Shown here one piece after another: positions 1 through 10,090 of a stretch of DNA of 64,000 nt (positions are counted from its first letter, which is position 1; each line of letters starts with the position of its first letter). Position numbers and translations under genes: made by a program. Source of the DNA: an uncultured Porphyromonadaceae bacterium (lineage in GTDB: Bacteria > Bacteroidota > Bacteroidia > Bacteroidales > Muribaculaceae); contig CAMWMR010000006.1 of the NCBI GenBank assembly GCA_947175425.1, positions 19,878 to 83,877 of the forward strand, in the 5' to 3' direction. The notes beneath the pieces were generated by a model. It was given only the letters and a program-made list of their open reading frames with translations. It did not search any database and had not been told where the DNA came from.

Positions 1-38
1 CGGAAATTTCTATATGCTTTTCAACTCTTTCACAAGAG

Positions 39-1688
39 TTATACAATGGCGCGGACGTCGTTTTCAAAGGTTTCGGGGGCTAATGCGCGCTTGCGAATCT
101 TGGAACGGTAGGTGTAGACCGTTGTTATTGAACAACGCAGAAATCCGGCAATCTTGGCACTGTCGTCAATACCTACACGTATAAGCGCAAACAGTCTCAG
201 TTCGGTGTTCAGCAGTTCGCCGCTCTTAAGCTGTATTCTGCTCTCGGGGCGGAGCAAAGCGTTGAACTTATTAACAAAGGAGGGATAAATATTAAGTATT
301 GCCTCGTCGAACTTGACATAGAAATTCTTGAGCAGTTGATCGGCAATTTCCGACGATTCCAGTTTTTTAAGTACCGCCCGCAGGTTTCCCCCTCCTGCAG
401 CAAGCACACGAAGCGACTGCTGGTACTGCTGCAATGTGGAAATTGCTGTTGAACAGTTTTCCATAAAAAGTCCGGCATACTGCTCCTTAGTGCGGTTGTA
501 GTCGCGTAATTCATCATTACGCTGCTCCAGCTCCCGGTTTGCGGAACGCAATTGCTCCGACAGCTCCTGCAAATCGTCGTTAGCCTTATTCACCTGCATG
601 TTGGCTCGTCGCAAGCTACGGAACTGCTTGAGCATGAACAGTATTGCCACAATAAGAATTATGGAGAGAATTGCGCTCACCCTTGCCATTACCCGCATGC
701 GCACGGTGAGTGTATCGCGGGCATTGGTATACGCGTCGTCTATCACCGGAAGCATTTTGGCCGACTGTGCATTTCGCATCAATGCCGAGTAGAAATTTGC
801 ATCGGCTATACTTTTTTTCAAGTAACGGTTCGCGCGCTCCACATCGCCGTCCTCGAACATTTCCGTGGCCACTTCACGGAATGAGACATTCTCCTTTATG
901 GCAGCCTTTACATCGGATATAGCGCTCAGTACAAGAAAACGTTTTGCCTCGCGTGGAAATCCGGCGGTTTTATAAATATATGCTAATGTTGAAGCAAGAA
1001 TGGAATATTCGCGCGTACCCGAGGGGTAATCTTCCATGTGGGTCAGCAGGGTGTCGATTGCTTTTTCCGAATCACCTCTCCTTGCCAGTCCGCTCATTAC
1101 ATATACAAGATGATTGAACGAACCGGGCGGAATGACTGATTTCAGCGAATCGGCATAGCTCTCCCTCAGATTTTCGTATACATAAGCCGGCTCATGTTCG
1201 CCCGCATACTCACTGAGATACTGGTAGGTAGCACAGTACGTGGAGTAGTAGCTTTCCAAAATATCTTCCGAAACCGATTCCCGCGGAATACTCCTCAAAA
1301 TTTCCAAAGCATCGGAAAACAGACCGGCATGAGCATATACATCGGCTCTTTTTACGAGCAGACGGATGCATTCTCCCGAGTCGGAAGCCCCGGTAAGCCT
1401 TCGCAGATTGTAACTTATATAATATAAGGCGGAATCGGCATTGTAAGACTCATACTCTTCGATGAGTCGGTTTATAAGGTCGGTACGCTGTTCTCGGGTG
1501 TGTGCAAAATCATAATCCTTGTGAAGTTTGTTTATGCGCGCTTCCTTTATAACCTCGTATTCGCCGGCCTTGGAAATCTCCTCATCAAGCTGCACATACA
1601 AAGCTTCGAGCTCGGGGTCTCTGTCATAACGAGCGCCTCCGCAGGATACAAGCAGAATAATCAGCAGAAATGTTATACCGAATTTCAT
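39..1688 (-). CDS. membrane-anchored TPR/coiled-coil regulator with C-terminal LuxR/GerE-like HTH (Bacteroidetes DUF6377-type)
   Basis: ORF 39..1733. Preferred start is MKFGITFLLIILLVSCGG (ATG at 1688), a lipoprotein-like signal. Contains an internal TM helix VSAILSIILIVAILFML, a heptad-rich segment, and a C-terminal HTH-like SAKIAGFLRCSITTVYTYRSKIRKR. Confidence 0.6.
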   Translation of the reverse strand: MKFGITFLLIILLVSCGGARYDRDPELEALYVQLDEEISKAGEYEVIKEARINKLHKDYDFAHTREQRTDLINRLIEEYESYNADSALYYISYNLRRLTGASDSGECIRLLVKRADVYAHAGLFSDALEILRSIPRESVSEDILESYYSTYCATYQYLSEYAGEHEPAYVYENLRESYADSLKSVIPPGSFNHLVYVMSGLARRGDSEKAIDTLLTHMEDYPSGTREYSILASTLAYIYKTAGFPREAKRFLVLSAISDVKAAIKENVSFREVATEMFEDGDVERANRYLKKSIADANFYSALMRNAQSAKMLPVIDDAYTNARDTLTVRMRVMARVSAILSIILIVAILFMLKQFRSLRRANMQVNKANDDLQELSEQLRSANRELEQRNDELRDYNRTKEQYAGLFMENCSTAISTLQQYQQSLRVLAAGGGNLRAVLKKLESSEIADQLLKNFYVKFDEAILNIYPSFVNKFNALLRPESRIQLKSGELLNTELRLFALIRVGIDDSAKIAGFLRCSITTVYTYRSKIRKRALAPETFENDVRAIV

Positions 1689-1811
1689 GATAAAGATTAG
1701 ATTAAAGGATAGCCGGCTTGCGCCTTGACACACGGCGGAAGTTATTATTGACTGCGTAAAATTAAAAAATAATTTTGTCGTTCACAAAATTACACAGAGG
1801 GAAAAGGAAAT

Positions 1812-1846
1812 AAAAAAAGCAGACTTGAAATTACTTTCAAATCTGC
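1812..1846 (-). terminator. rho-independent terminator downstream of tRNA-Ala
   Basis: On the minus strand: GCAGAUUUGAAA-GUAA-UUUCAAGUCUGC, a 12-bp stem with one G-U pair, followed by a run of 7 U (A-run 1812-1818 on the plus strand). Confidence 0.75.
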
Positions 1847-1849
1847 CGT

Positions 1850-1926
1850 TGGTGGAGCACAGCGGACTCGAACCGCTCACCTCGACACTGCCAGTGTCGC
1901 GCTCTAGCCAGATGAGCTAGTGCCCC
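1850..1926 (-). tRNA. tRNA-Ala (anticodon GGC), CCA encoded
   Basis: The reverse complement folds by hand as a cloverleaf. Acceptor GGGGCAC/GTGCTCC includes the G3:U70 Ala identity pair. Anticodon stem is CGACA/TGTCG with loop CTGGCAG, and the T-loop is TTCGAGT. Total 77 nt, ending in CCA. Confidence 0.9.
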
Positions 1927-1940
1927 TTGCTTTTGCGTTG

Positions 1941-1948
1941 CAAAGTTA
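1941..1948 (-). promoter_or_regulatory. Bacteroidetes -7 promoter box (TAacTTTG) for tRNA-Ala
   Basis: Plus strand CAAAGTTA is TAACTTTG on the minus strand, 14 nt upstream of the mature tRNA 5' end. Confidence 0.45.
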
Positions 1949-2088
1949 TATATTTAATTCTTAATCACAAAGGCTTTTTAGCGTTTTAATATACATTTTT
2001 GTTTTTACATATTTTTTAAATGATGTGTCTCCCATTTTTGTACTACCTTTACGAACTCAATACACAATTAATGAAACCTTAAGTTCAA

Positions 2089-3264
2089 ATGAATATGCTC
2101 CGAAAAACTTTCATCGTCTTATTCTTTATCACTCTTTTCTCTCATTTGGCATTTGCTGAAAATGTTCAAACCGGAGCCGAGCAGACCGATGTCTACGTCC
2201 CGGCTCTTAAAGGCAAGCGAGTTGCACTGTTCTCAAATCACACAGGCATGGTAGGCAACCGCCACACGCTGGATATAATGCTTGAGAACGGTCTCAATGT
2301 TGTTAATCTGTTCTCACCCGAACATGGCTTCCGCGGTACCGCCGATGCCGGCGAGCACGTGAGCAGCGGCATTGACGAACCGACCGGAATACCCATTGCA
2401 TCGCTTTACGACGGCGATTCCAAACGCATGCCCGCTAAAAAGGTAATGGACGGCCTGGATGTGATTGTTGTGGATATCCAGGATGTGGGACTTCGTTACT
2501 ATACATATTATTGCACCATGATAGACTTGATGAATGCCGCTGCCGCCTATGGCAAGGAAGTAATGGTGCTGGACCGTCCCAATCCCAACGGCATGTATGT
2601 CGACGGCCCAATTCTCGACATGAAATATGAAAGCGGCGTAGGACGCCTGCCAATTCCCGTTGTGCACGGCATGACTCTTGGAGAAATTGCCACAATGGCA
2701 AACGGCGAAGGCTGGCTTAAGAACGGAGCAAAAGTTCCTTTGACTGTAGTTCCTTGCAAAAACTATACACACAGCACCCGCTACGAACTTCCGGTTGCCC
2801 CCTCCCCCAACCTGCGCACCATGCGTGCCATTTATCTCTATCCTTCGGTTTGCTATTTTGAGGCAACACCGGTGAGCCTCGGGCGTGGAACCGATATGCC
2901 CTTTGAAGTATACGGACATCCCGATATGAAAAACCGCTCGTTCTCGTTCACTCCCAAAAGCGTTCCCGGAGCCAAGAATCCTCCGCAACTCAACAATCTG
3001 TGTCATGGCGTTGACCTCCGCACTGTTTCGGAAGAAGATGCCATTGCGCAGGGAATAAATCTCGAATATCTTATTGACGCCTATCGCGACCTTGGCATGG
3101 GCGACGCATTCTTCCGCTCTTTCTTTGAAAAACTTATCGGACGCGGCGATATCCGCAAAATGATTGAAGAAGGCCGCAGTGCCGCCGAAATCAAGGCAAG
3201 CTGGGCCGATGACGTCGAAAAATTCAAAAAACAACGTAAACCCTATCTTCTTTACGCCGAATAA
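2089..3264 (+). CDS. namZ: DUF1343 family exo-beta-N-acetylmuramidase (NamZ-like), secreted
   Basis: 391-aa ORF with a signal peptide. Carries DUF1343-type motifs ALFSNHTGMV, LFSPEHGFRG and VVDIQDVGLRYYTYY. Confidence 0.8.
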   Translation: MNMLRKTFIVLFFITLFSHLAFAENVQTGAEQTDVYVPALKGKRVALFSNHTGMVGNRHTLDIMLENGLNVVNLFSPEHGFRGTADAGEHVSSGIDEPTGIPIASLYDGDSKRMPAKKVMDGLDVIVVDIQDVGLRYYTYYCTMIDLMNAAAAYGKEVMVLDRPNPNGMYVDGPILDMKYESGVGRLPIPVVHGMTLGEIATMANGEGWLKNGAKVPLTVVPCKNYTHSTRYELPVAPSPNLRTMRAIYLYPSVCYFEATPVSLGRGTDMPFEVYGHPDMKNRSFSFTPKSVPGAKNPPQLNNLCHGVDLRTVSEEDAIAQGINLEYLIDAYRDLGMGDAFFRSFFEKLIGRGDIRKMIEEGRSAAEIKASWADDVEKFKKQRKPYLLYAE

Positions 3265-3266
3265 CT

Positions 3267-4742
3267 ATGAGTCAGGCAATTATTGTAATAATTACCATTG
3301 CGGCATATTTTATGCTGCTCATGGGAGTATCGTACTTTGCCTCGCGCGGCAGCGACAACTCCACATTCTTCACCGGCAACCGCAAAGCACCGTGGCCCGT
3401 TGTGGCCTTCGCCATGATTGGAGCGGCCATTTCCGGAGTAACATTCATTTCGGTTCCCGGCATGGTTGTGGCAAACGGCTACGCCTATCTGCAGATGGTT
3501 CTCGGATTTATAGTTGGATATTTTGTTATAGCATTCCTGCTCATTCCGTTGTTCTACAAACGAAACCTGCTTTCCATTTACGGGTATCTTGAAGAACGCT
3601 TCGGCCCCAACACCTACCGCACAGGCGCATGGTTTTTCTTTGTTTCCAAAATGCTCGGCGCCGCAGTACGCTTCTTTGTAGTGTGTGCCGTGCTTCAGCT
3701 GCTGGTATTCGCACCGCTTCACATTCCGTTTGTATTCAATGTAATTGTAACAATAGCGCTTATATGGCTCTACACCGTACAGGGAGGCGTAAAAACAATT
3801 ATATGGACCGACACCCTCAAGAGTTTCTGTCTTATAATGTCGGTTATACTGTGCATTTTCTTTGTGGCCACCAACCTCGGCTTCAACTTCGGGGAGATGA
3901 CCGATGCAATTTCATCGCATCCTACTGCACGAATGTTCTTCTTCGACAACCCCAAGGAAGGCACCTACTTCTGGAAACAGTTCCTTGCAGGCGTTTTCAT
4001 GGCAATTGCCATTAACGGCCTCGACCAGGACATGATGCAGCGCAACCTCGCATGCCGCGACAGCCGACAGAGCCAAAAAAACATGATTGTAAGCGGCATA
4101 GTACAGTTCTTTGTAATTGCACTGTTCCTGCTGCTCGGCACAATGCTGGTTATATTCCTCGATGCAAAGGAAATTGCACGTCCCGAAAAGAGCGATGAAA
4201 TTTTCGGAATGGTGGCACAGCATCCCGACGTTCCCGTTGTGGTACTCATTCTGTTTGTCCTCGGTCTTATAGCCGCCGCCTACTCGGCAGCCGGCTCGGC
4301 AATAACTTCGCTTACCACATCGTTCACCGTCGATATTCTCGAAGCCCACAAAAAACACAACGATGAAAAGCTCACTCGCGTCCGCAAAGGCGTACACGTG
4401 GCAATGTCGGCAATTATGGGACTTGTTATTATCGCATTCTATTATCTCAGCAACCAGGATGCCATTTCGGCGGTGTATACGCTCGCCTCATATACTTACG
4501 GTCCCATTCTCGGATTGTTCGTATACGGCATGTTCTGCAAAAAGCCTGTACACGACCGTTTTGTCCCCTTGGTGTGCATCCTCGCGCCCTGCCTGTCGTG
4601 GGTTCTTCAGTACACTTTGCGCGAATGGGCAGGCTACCACACCAGCTTCGAACTGCTCATTTTCAATGCGCTGTTTACCATAGCAGGTCTGCGCCTTCTC
4701 TCAATCGGCCGATGCGCCGTTGCTTCGCGACAAACCGCCTGA
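3267..4742 (+). CDS. sodium:solute symporter (SSF) family transporter
   Basis: 491-aa polytopic membrane ORF starting 3 nt after namZ. Composition and length are typical of the SSF family. Confidence 0.75.
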   Translation: MSQAIIVIITIAAYFMLLMGVSYFASRGSDNSTFFTGNRKAPWPVVAFAMIGAAISGVTFISVPGMVVANGYAYLQMVLGFIVGYFVIAFLLIPLFYKRNLLSIYGYLEERFGPNTYRTGAWFFFVSKMLGAAVRFFVVCAVLQLLVFAPLHIPFVFNVIVTIALIWLYTVQGGVKTIIWTDTLKSFCLIMSVILCIFFVATNLGFNFGEMTDAISSHPTARMFFFDNPKEGTYFWKQFLAGVFMAIAINGLDQDMMQRNLACRDSRQSQKNMIVSGIVQFFVIALFLLLGTMLVIFLDAKEIARPEKSDEIFGMVAQHPDVPVVVLILFVLGLIAAAYSAAGSAITSLTTSFTVDILEAHKKHNDEKLTRVRKGVHVAMSAIMGLVIIAFYYLSNQDAISAVYTLASYTYGPILGLFVYGMFCKKPVHDRFVPLVCILAPCLSWVLQYTLREWAGYHTSFELLIFNALFTIAGLRLLSIGRCAVASRQTA

Positions 4743-4746
4743 TGAC

Positions 4747-5655
4747 ATGGCACGCGATCTCCTCAACCGATATATCTGGTTAGTTGACACCATACGCCGG
4801 TATGGCCGCATAAGCCGCCGGCGCATTGACGAGCTGTGGGCACGCTCGCCGTTTTCCAACGGCGAGCCCATGCCTCGCCGGACATTCTACAACTACCGGC
4901 AGGCCGCAGAGGAGCTTTTTCAAGTGGAAATAAAGTGCGATCCGGCAACCTTTGAGTATTATATCGACGAAAATATCGCCGAAACCGACGGCATTTCCAA
5001 ATGGCTGCTCAATACTGCCGTGACACACGAAGCGCTGTCTCGCTCGAACGACCTCGCTTCGCGCATATTTGTGGAAGACGTACCCTCGGCAAGAGAGTTT
5101 CTCGCTCCGGCCATGGACGCATTGCGCCACAACAAACCCATAAAATTCAATTATCTCCCATACTCCAGAACAATCACCACAACCGGCGTTGTTCTCGAAC
5201 CTTATTTTCTCAAGCTTTTCAAACAGCGCTGGTACGTTACAGGCCGACATGTAGCCGAAAACAAAATCAAGACTTACGCCTTGGATCGCATGTCGGCACT
5301 ACGCCTGCTGCCCGAATCATTCGAACCGGACGAAAATTTCCGTCCCACCGAATTTTTCCGCAATTCTTTCGGAATTGTGTTTACCGACGGCGAGGTTAAA
5401 AACGTGGTTATAAAAGTAGAGCCCCGGCAGGCAAAATACTTCCGCGCCCTCCCGCTTCATCACACACAGCAGGAGTACGTACACGATGCATATTCAATTT
5501 TCAGTTATCGGCTGAGGCTTAGCCCCGATTTCCTTGAGGAACTTCTTTCGCACGGCTCGCGCATTACAGTTATGGAGCCTCCCGAACTGCGTGCAATGGT
5601 TTGCGACGAACTCTCACGTTCGCTTGCCAACTATTATTCCGATAAAGAGGCATAA
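4747..5655 (+). CDS. WYL domain-containing transcriptional regulator
   Basis: ORF 4720..5655. Preferred start is MARDLLNRYIWLV (ATG 4747). Has an N-terminal wHTH-like region and a WYL-type core KQRWYVTGRHVAENKIKTYALDRMSAL. Confidence 0.7.
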   Translation: MARDLLNRYIWLVDTIRRYGRISRRRIDELWARSPFSNGEPMPRRTFYNYRQAAEELFQVEIKCDPATFEYYIDENIAETDGISKWLLNTAVTHEALSRSNDLASRIFVEDVPSAREFLAPAMDALRHNKPIKFNYLPYSRTITTTGVVLEPYFLKLFKQRWYVTGRHVAENKIKTYALDRMSALRLLPESFEPDENFRPTEFFRNSFGIVFTDGEVKNVVIKVEPRQAKYFRALPLHHTQQEYVHDAYSIFSYRLRLSPDFLEELLSHGSRITVMEPPELRAMVCDELSRSLANYYSDKEA

Positions 5656-6152
5656 AGCCCCTCGCAGGCACTTTCAAGCAAATCAAGAACAAGTTCAAAG
5701 CCTTCGGCTCCTTCGTAATAGGGGTCGGGAATATAATCGTAGCGGCTTGCACAACGAATAAAATCGGCCATGCAGAAAATCTTTTCCTCATCCTCGGGCG
5801 AGGGAGCCATGCGGCGAAGATTCCTTTCATTATCGGCATCCATGGCGATTATAAGGTCGAAACGTTCGAAATCCGCTGTTTTTACCTGCCGGCAAATATG
5901 ATCCAGTTCATACCCGCGTCGTCTTGCATGGATACGCATACGTTTGTCGGGTAACTGTCCGACATGCCAACCGCCGGTGCCCGCCGAATCTATAACCCAA
6001 CGATGAGAGGCGCCATGAGCGGCCACAACTGCATTCATAATACCGTCGGCTGCCGGAGAACGGCAAATATTGCCCAGGCACACAAACAACACGCGAACCT
6101 TATCGCTTGCGGCAAGGCTCGAAAGATATTCCTGTTGACGTTTGGTAATCAT
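5634..6152 (-). CDS. low-molecular-weight protein-tyrosine phosphatase
   Basis: P-loop CLGNICRSP (CX5R-S) and a DPYY general-acid motif. 172 aa. The 3' end overlaps the convergent WYL gene by 22 nt. Confidence 0.9.
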   Translation of the reverse strand: MITKRQQEYLSSLAASDKVRVLFVCLGNICRSPAADGIMNAVVAAHGASHRWVIDSAGTGGWHVGQLPDKRMRIHARRRGYELDHICRQVKTADFERFDLIIAMDADNERNLRRMAPSPEDEEKIFCMADFIRCASRYDYIPDPYYEGAEGFELVLDLLESACEGLYASLSE

Positions 6153-6246
6153 TCTGCAAAAATATAAAACAGCTTTCTAATCTACAAATCGAACGTCATA
6201 ACAGCGCTATGTGAGAACAGTTTTTGCTCACTAAAATAAGTTTTTG

Positions 6247-6254
6247 TATATTTG
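6247..6254 (+). promoter_or_regulatory. Bacteroidetes -7 promoter box (TAtaTTTG) upstream of lysS
   Basis: TATATTTG lies 56 nt upstream of the lysS ATG in a 157-bp divergent intergenic region. Confidence 0.5.
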
Positions 6255-6309
6255 CACATTAATTGAGGCCGAAGTGCCATTTCCTAACGATTAACTGCTT
6301 TATACAAAT

Positions 6310-8040
6310 ATGAACGCACCCGAATTGAGCGAACAGGAACAAATACGCCGCAACAGCATGGCTGAACTGCGCCGAATGGGCATTGAGCCCTATCCTGCCG
6401 CAGAATACAAAGTTACAGGATACAGCGATGAAATAAAAGACGGTTTCTCCGATGAAGCTCCCGCCCGTGAAGTGGCTGTGGCAGGTCGTATTATGAGCCG
6501 CCGAATTATGGGAAAAGCCTCTTTTGTTGAACTTCAGGACTCCAAAGGCCGCATACAGATTTATATTTCCCGCGATGAAATTTGCCCCGACGAAAACAAG
6601 GACTTGTATAACATCGTTTTCAAGAAGCTCCTGGACATCGGCGACTTCATTGGCATCAGCGGATACGTATTCCGTACACAAACCGGCGAAATATCAATCC
6701 ACGCCCGCGAGCTTACCGTGCTGAGCAAATCACTTCGCCCGCTGCCTATTGTAAAAATAAAGGACGGTGTTACATACGATGCTTTCGACGACCCCGAGCT
6801 GCGCTATCGCCGCCGCTATGTGGATTTGGTTGTAAACGACGCTGCAAAACAAATATTCCTAAAGCGCACAAAAGTTTACAACTCAATGCGCGAATACTTC
6901 AATCAGGCAGGATATATCGAGGTTGAAACCCCTATCCTCCAGTCCATTCCCGGCGGCGCTTCGGCTCGTCCGTTCATCACTCACCACAACGCGCTGGACA
7001 TTCCGCTGTACCTCCGCATTGCCGACGAACTTTACCTCAAGCGTCTCATTGTAGGCGGCTTCGAAGGGGTTTACGAATTCTCCAAGAACTTCCGTAACGA
7101 AGGCATGGACCGCACTCACAATCCCGAGTTCACTTGCATGGAGATTTATGTGGCCTACAAGGACTACAACTGGATGATGAACTTTACCGAACGCATGCTC
7201 GAAAAAATATGCATGGACGTAAACGGCACCACCGAAGTAAAAGTAGGCGACAACACCATAAGCTTCAAAGCTCCCTTCCCCCGCGTTACAATGGCTCAGG
7301 CCATTAAGGAGCACACCGGCGTGGACATTACCGGAATGGATGAGGAACAGCTCCGCCAAACAGCCAAAGACCTTGGAATTGAAGTGGACGAAACAATGGG
7401 CAAAGGCAAACTGATTGACGAGATTTTCGGCGAAAAATGCGAAGGCCTCTACATTCAGCCCACATTCATCACCGACTACCCCATTGAAATGTCGCCTCTC
7501 ACAAAACGTCACCGCGACAATCCCGAACTTACCGAACGCTTTGAGCTCATGGTTAACGGCAAGGAGCTTGCAAATGCTTACTCGGAGCTTAACGACCCTA
7601 TCGACCAGTACGAACGCTTTGTAGAACAAATGCGCCTTGGCGAAAAAGGCGACGACGAGGCCATGATTATTGATGCCGACTTTATCCGCGCGCTCGAATA
7701 CGGTATGCCTCCCACATCGGGTATGGGTATCGGTATGGACCGTCTTGTAATGCTCATGACCGGACAGACTGCAATCCAGGAAGTTCTTCTCTTCCCCCAG
7801 ATGCGCCCTGAAAAAGTTGAAAAACGCGACAGCGCCGAAGTTTTCGTTGCAGCCGGTATACCCGAGGAATGGGTGGCCCCGCTGCAGAAATGCGGTGTGC
7901 TCACCGTGGCTGCACTGGCTCCGATGAACCCCAACAAACTCTTCCAGGAACTTTGCGGTTACAATAAGAAAAACAAGCTCGGTCTCACCAATCCCAAGCC
8001 CGAAGACGTGGCTGCATGGGTGGAGGCCGCCAAGCAATAA
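6310..8040 (+). CDS. lysS: lysine--tRNA ligase (class II)
   Basis: 576 aa. Has an OB-fold anticodon-binding N-terminus and class II core motifs ([26 protein letters not shown]). The C-terminal extension is typical of Bacteroidetes LysS. Confidence 0.95.
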   Translation: MNAPELSEQEQIRRNSMAELRRMGIEPYPAAEYKVTGYSDEIKDGFSDEAPAREVAVAGRIMSRRIMGKASFVELQDSKGRIQIYISRDEICPDENKDLYNIVFKKLLDIGDFIGISGYVFRTQTGEISIHARELTVLSKSLRPLPIVKIKDGVTYDAFDDPELRYRRRYVDLVVNDAAKQIFLKRTKVYNSMREYFNQAGYIEVETPILQSIPGGASARPFITHHNALDIPLYLRIADELYLKRLIVGGFEGVYEFSKNFRNEGMDRTHNPEFTCMEIYVAYKDYNWMMNFTERMLEKICMDVNGTTEVKVGDNTISFKAPFPRVTMAQAIKEHTGVDITGMDEEQLRQTAKDLGIEVDETMGKGKLIDEIFGEKCEGLYIQPTFITDYPIEMSPLTKRHRDNPELTERFELMVNGKELANAYSELNDPIDQYERFVEQMRLGEKGDDEAMIIDADFIRALEYGMPPTSGMGIGMDRLVMLMTGQTAIQEVLLFPQMRPEKVEKRDSAEVFVAAGIPEEWVAPLQKCGVLTVAALAPMNPNKLFQELCGYNKKNKLGLTNPKPEDVAAWVEAAKQ

Positions 8041-8042
8041 TC

Positions 8043-9047
8043 ATGGATACAAAACAATTCCCGGGAAACATAGCAGTGATGGGCGGCGGCAGCTGGGCTA
8101 CCGCCCTCGCAAAGCTGCTTATGCAGAATTGCGAGACCATACTGTGGTACATGCGTCGCGACGACCGTATCGACGATTTCAAGCGCCTGCACCATAACCC
8201 GGCCTACCTCACCGATGTAAATTTCGATATTGAACGCATCGAGTTTTCATCCGATATAAACTACGTCTGCAATCAGGCCGACACATTGCTCTTGGTAATG
8301 CCGTCGCCCTACTTCAAGGACCATGTGGACAAAATCACCGTGGACATCTCGCAGAAAGCCGTCGTTTCGGCCGTAAAAGGCATTGTCCCCGACAGTAACG
8401 AGCTCGTAACGGATTACATGGCACGTGTTTTCGGCATTGCGCCCGAAAAAAATCTTGTCATCTCCGGCCCCTGTCATGCCGAGGAAGTTGCACTCGACCG
8501 CCCCAGCTATCTCACTGTGGGATGCGCCGACCTTGACCTGGCCGCCGGATTCGCAGAATGCGTAGCGGGGAAAAACACCCATGCCATTACCTCGACCGAC
8601 GTGGAGGGTATTGAGTACGCAGCCGTTCTTAAAAACGTCTATGCCATTGCCGCCGGAATTATACACGGCATGAAGACAGGCGACAACATATGCGCGATTC
8701 TCATTTCCAACGCAATTCGCGAAATGGAACGTTTTTTGGACGCCGTTGCTCCGCGACACCGTCAGATTTGCGACTCCGTATATCTCGGCGACCTACTCGT
8801 TACGGCCTACTCGCGCTTCTCCCGAAACCACAACTTCGGTTCAATGATTGGCAAAGGATATTCCGTAAAAGCCGCACGCATGGAAATGGAACAGACTGCC
8901 GAGGGCTACTACGGCGCAAAATGTATCCACGACATCAACACAGCATATGGCGTTGACATGCCTATTGCCGAGGCTGTATACAATATATTATATAAAGGAG
9001 TACCCGCTCAAAGGGCAATTAAAGCTATTAGCAGGCAACTGGACTGA
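8043..9047 (+). CDS. gpsA: NAD(P)H-dependent glycerol-3-phosphate dehydrogenase
   Basis: ORF 8016..9047. Preferred start is MDTKQF (ATG 8043), just after the lysS stop. Carries the dinucleotide-binding motif VMGGGSWATALA. Confidence 0.9.
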   Translation: MDTKQFPGNIAVMGGGSWATALAKLLMQNCETILWYMRRDDRIDDFKRLHHNPAYLTDVNFDIERIEFSSDINYVCNQADTLLLVMPSPYFKDHVDKITVDISQKAVVSAVKGIVPDSNELVTDYMARVFGIAPEKNLVISGPCHAEEVALDRPSYLTVGCADLDLAAGFAECVAGKNTHAITSTDVEGIEYAAVLKNVYAIAAGIIHGMKTGDNICAILISNAIREMERFLDAVAPRHRQICDSVYLGDLLVTAYSRFSRNHNFGSMIGKGYSVKAARMEMEQTAEGYYGAKCIHDINTAYGVDMPIAEAVYNILYKGVPAQRAIKAISRQLD

Positions 9048-10090
9048 TGAAAACTCTCTTGGGAATGAATCCCGCCGAACTTGCCGAAGTGGCTGCAAAC
9101 ATCGGTGTCCGGCCATTCGCTGCAAAGCAAATGGCCGCGTGGCTCTATAAAAAAGGCGCACGGACTATTGATGAAATGACCGACCTCCCCAAGGCGGCCA
9201 GAGCAAAACTCACGGAACAAGGTTACACAATCGGCCGGGAAGACCCAATAGCCGAAGCACGCAGTATCGACGGCACGGCCAAGTATCTTTTCAACGGCGT
9301 CGGCGGACGCGACATCGAAGCCGTATACATTCCCGACCACGACCGTGCCACTCTGTGCATCTCAAGCCAGGCAGGATGCAAAATGGCTTGCCGTTTTTGC
9401 ATGACAGGCCGAGGCGGGTGGCAGGGGAACCTCACGGCAGGAGCAATCATAAACCAGGTGCTGTCCGTCCCCGAATCCGACAAGCTTACCAACATCGTAT
9501 TCATGGGAATGGGCGAGCCTACCGACAACATTGATGCAGTTTTACGCGCCGTGGAAATTCTGACATCCGACTGGGGAATGGCATGGAGCCCGCGACGCAT
9601 AACAGTGTCGACTATCGGCAAACAGCCGGGACTGAACCGCCTGCTCGATGAAACCCGTGTTCACATAGCCCTCAGTCTCCACACCCCGTTTGCCGGCGAA
9701 CGCTCCGACATAATGCCTGTGGAAAAAGCATTCCCCCTGCGCGATATAATGCCGGTTCTTCGAGCCCATGACTTCGCGCATCAGCGCCGCCTCTCAATGG
9801 AATATACCATGTTCCGCGGCCTGAACGACGACGAAAAACACGCAAGCGCTCTTGCCCGTCTCCTCAAAGGAACATCGGCACGCGTAAATTTAATCCGCTT
9901 CCACCGGATACCCGGATTTGAAGGCGAACCGTCCTCGCGACAGGCAATGGAGCAGTTCCGCGACAAACTCAACGATGCCGGGATAACGGCAACTATTCGT
10001 GCGTCCAGGGGTGAGGACATTATGGCTGCCTGCGGCATGCTTGCCGGGGCGAAAGGCCAAAACAACTTAAACGACAATACCAATGAGTAA
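9047..10090 (+). CDS. rlmN: 23S rRNA/tRNA (adenine-C2)-methyltransferase RlmN (radical SAM)
   Basis: Radical-SAM cluster motif CKMACRFCMTG. 347 aa. The start overlaps the gpsA stop (TGATG). Confidence 0.93.
   Translation: MKTLLGMNPAELAEVAANIGVRPFAAKQMAAWLYKKGARTIDEMTDLPKAARAKLTEQGYTIGREDPIAEARSIDGTAKYLFNGVGGRDIEAVYIPDHDRATLCISSQAGCKMACRFCMTGRGGWQGNLTAGAIINQVLSVPESDKLTNIVFMGMGEPTDNIDAVLRAVEILTSDWGMAWSPRRITVSTIGKQPGLNRLLDETRVHIALSLHTPFAGERSDIMPVEKAFPLRDIMPVLRAHDFAHQRRLSMEYTMFRGLNDDEKHASALARLLKGTSARVNLIRFHRIPGFEGEPSSRQAMEQFRDKLNDAGITATIRASRGEDIMAACGMLAGAKGQNNLNDNTNE

Noticed and set aside
6883-8037. 384-aa antisense ORF opposite lysS. Similar long antisense ORFs occur at 31670..32917 (415 aa, opposite the sigma-54 regulator), 49460..50545 (361 aa, opposite GH13), 33253..34239, 22304..23203, 40213..41076, 39235..40056 and 2314..3234.
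   Set aside because: Each lies entirely inside a confidently recognised gene on the other strand. They have atypical composition (rich in H, C, F, V, G runs) and no recognisable motifs. Long open antisense frames are expected by chance in GC-richer coding DNA.
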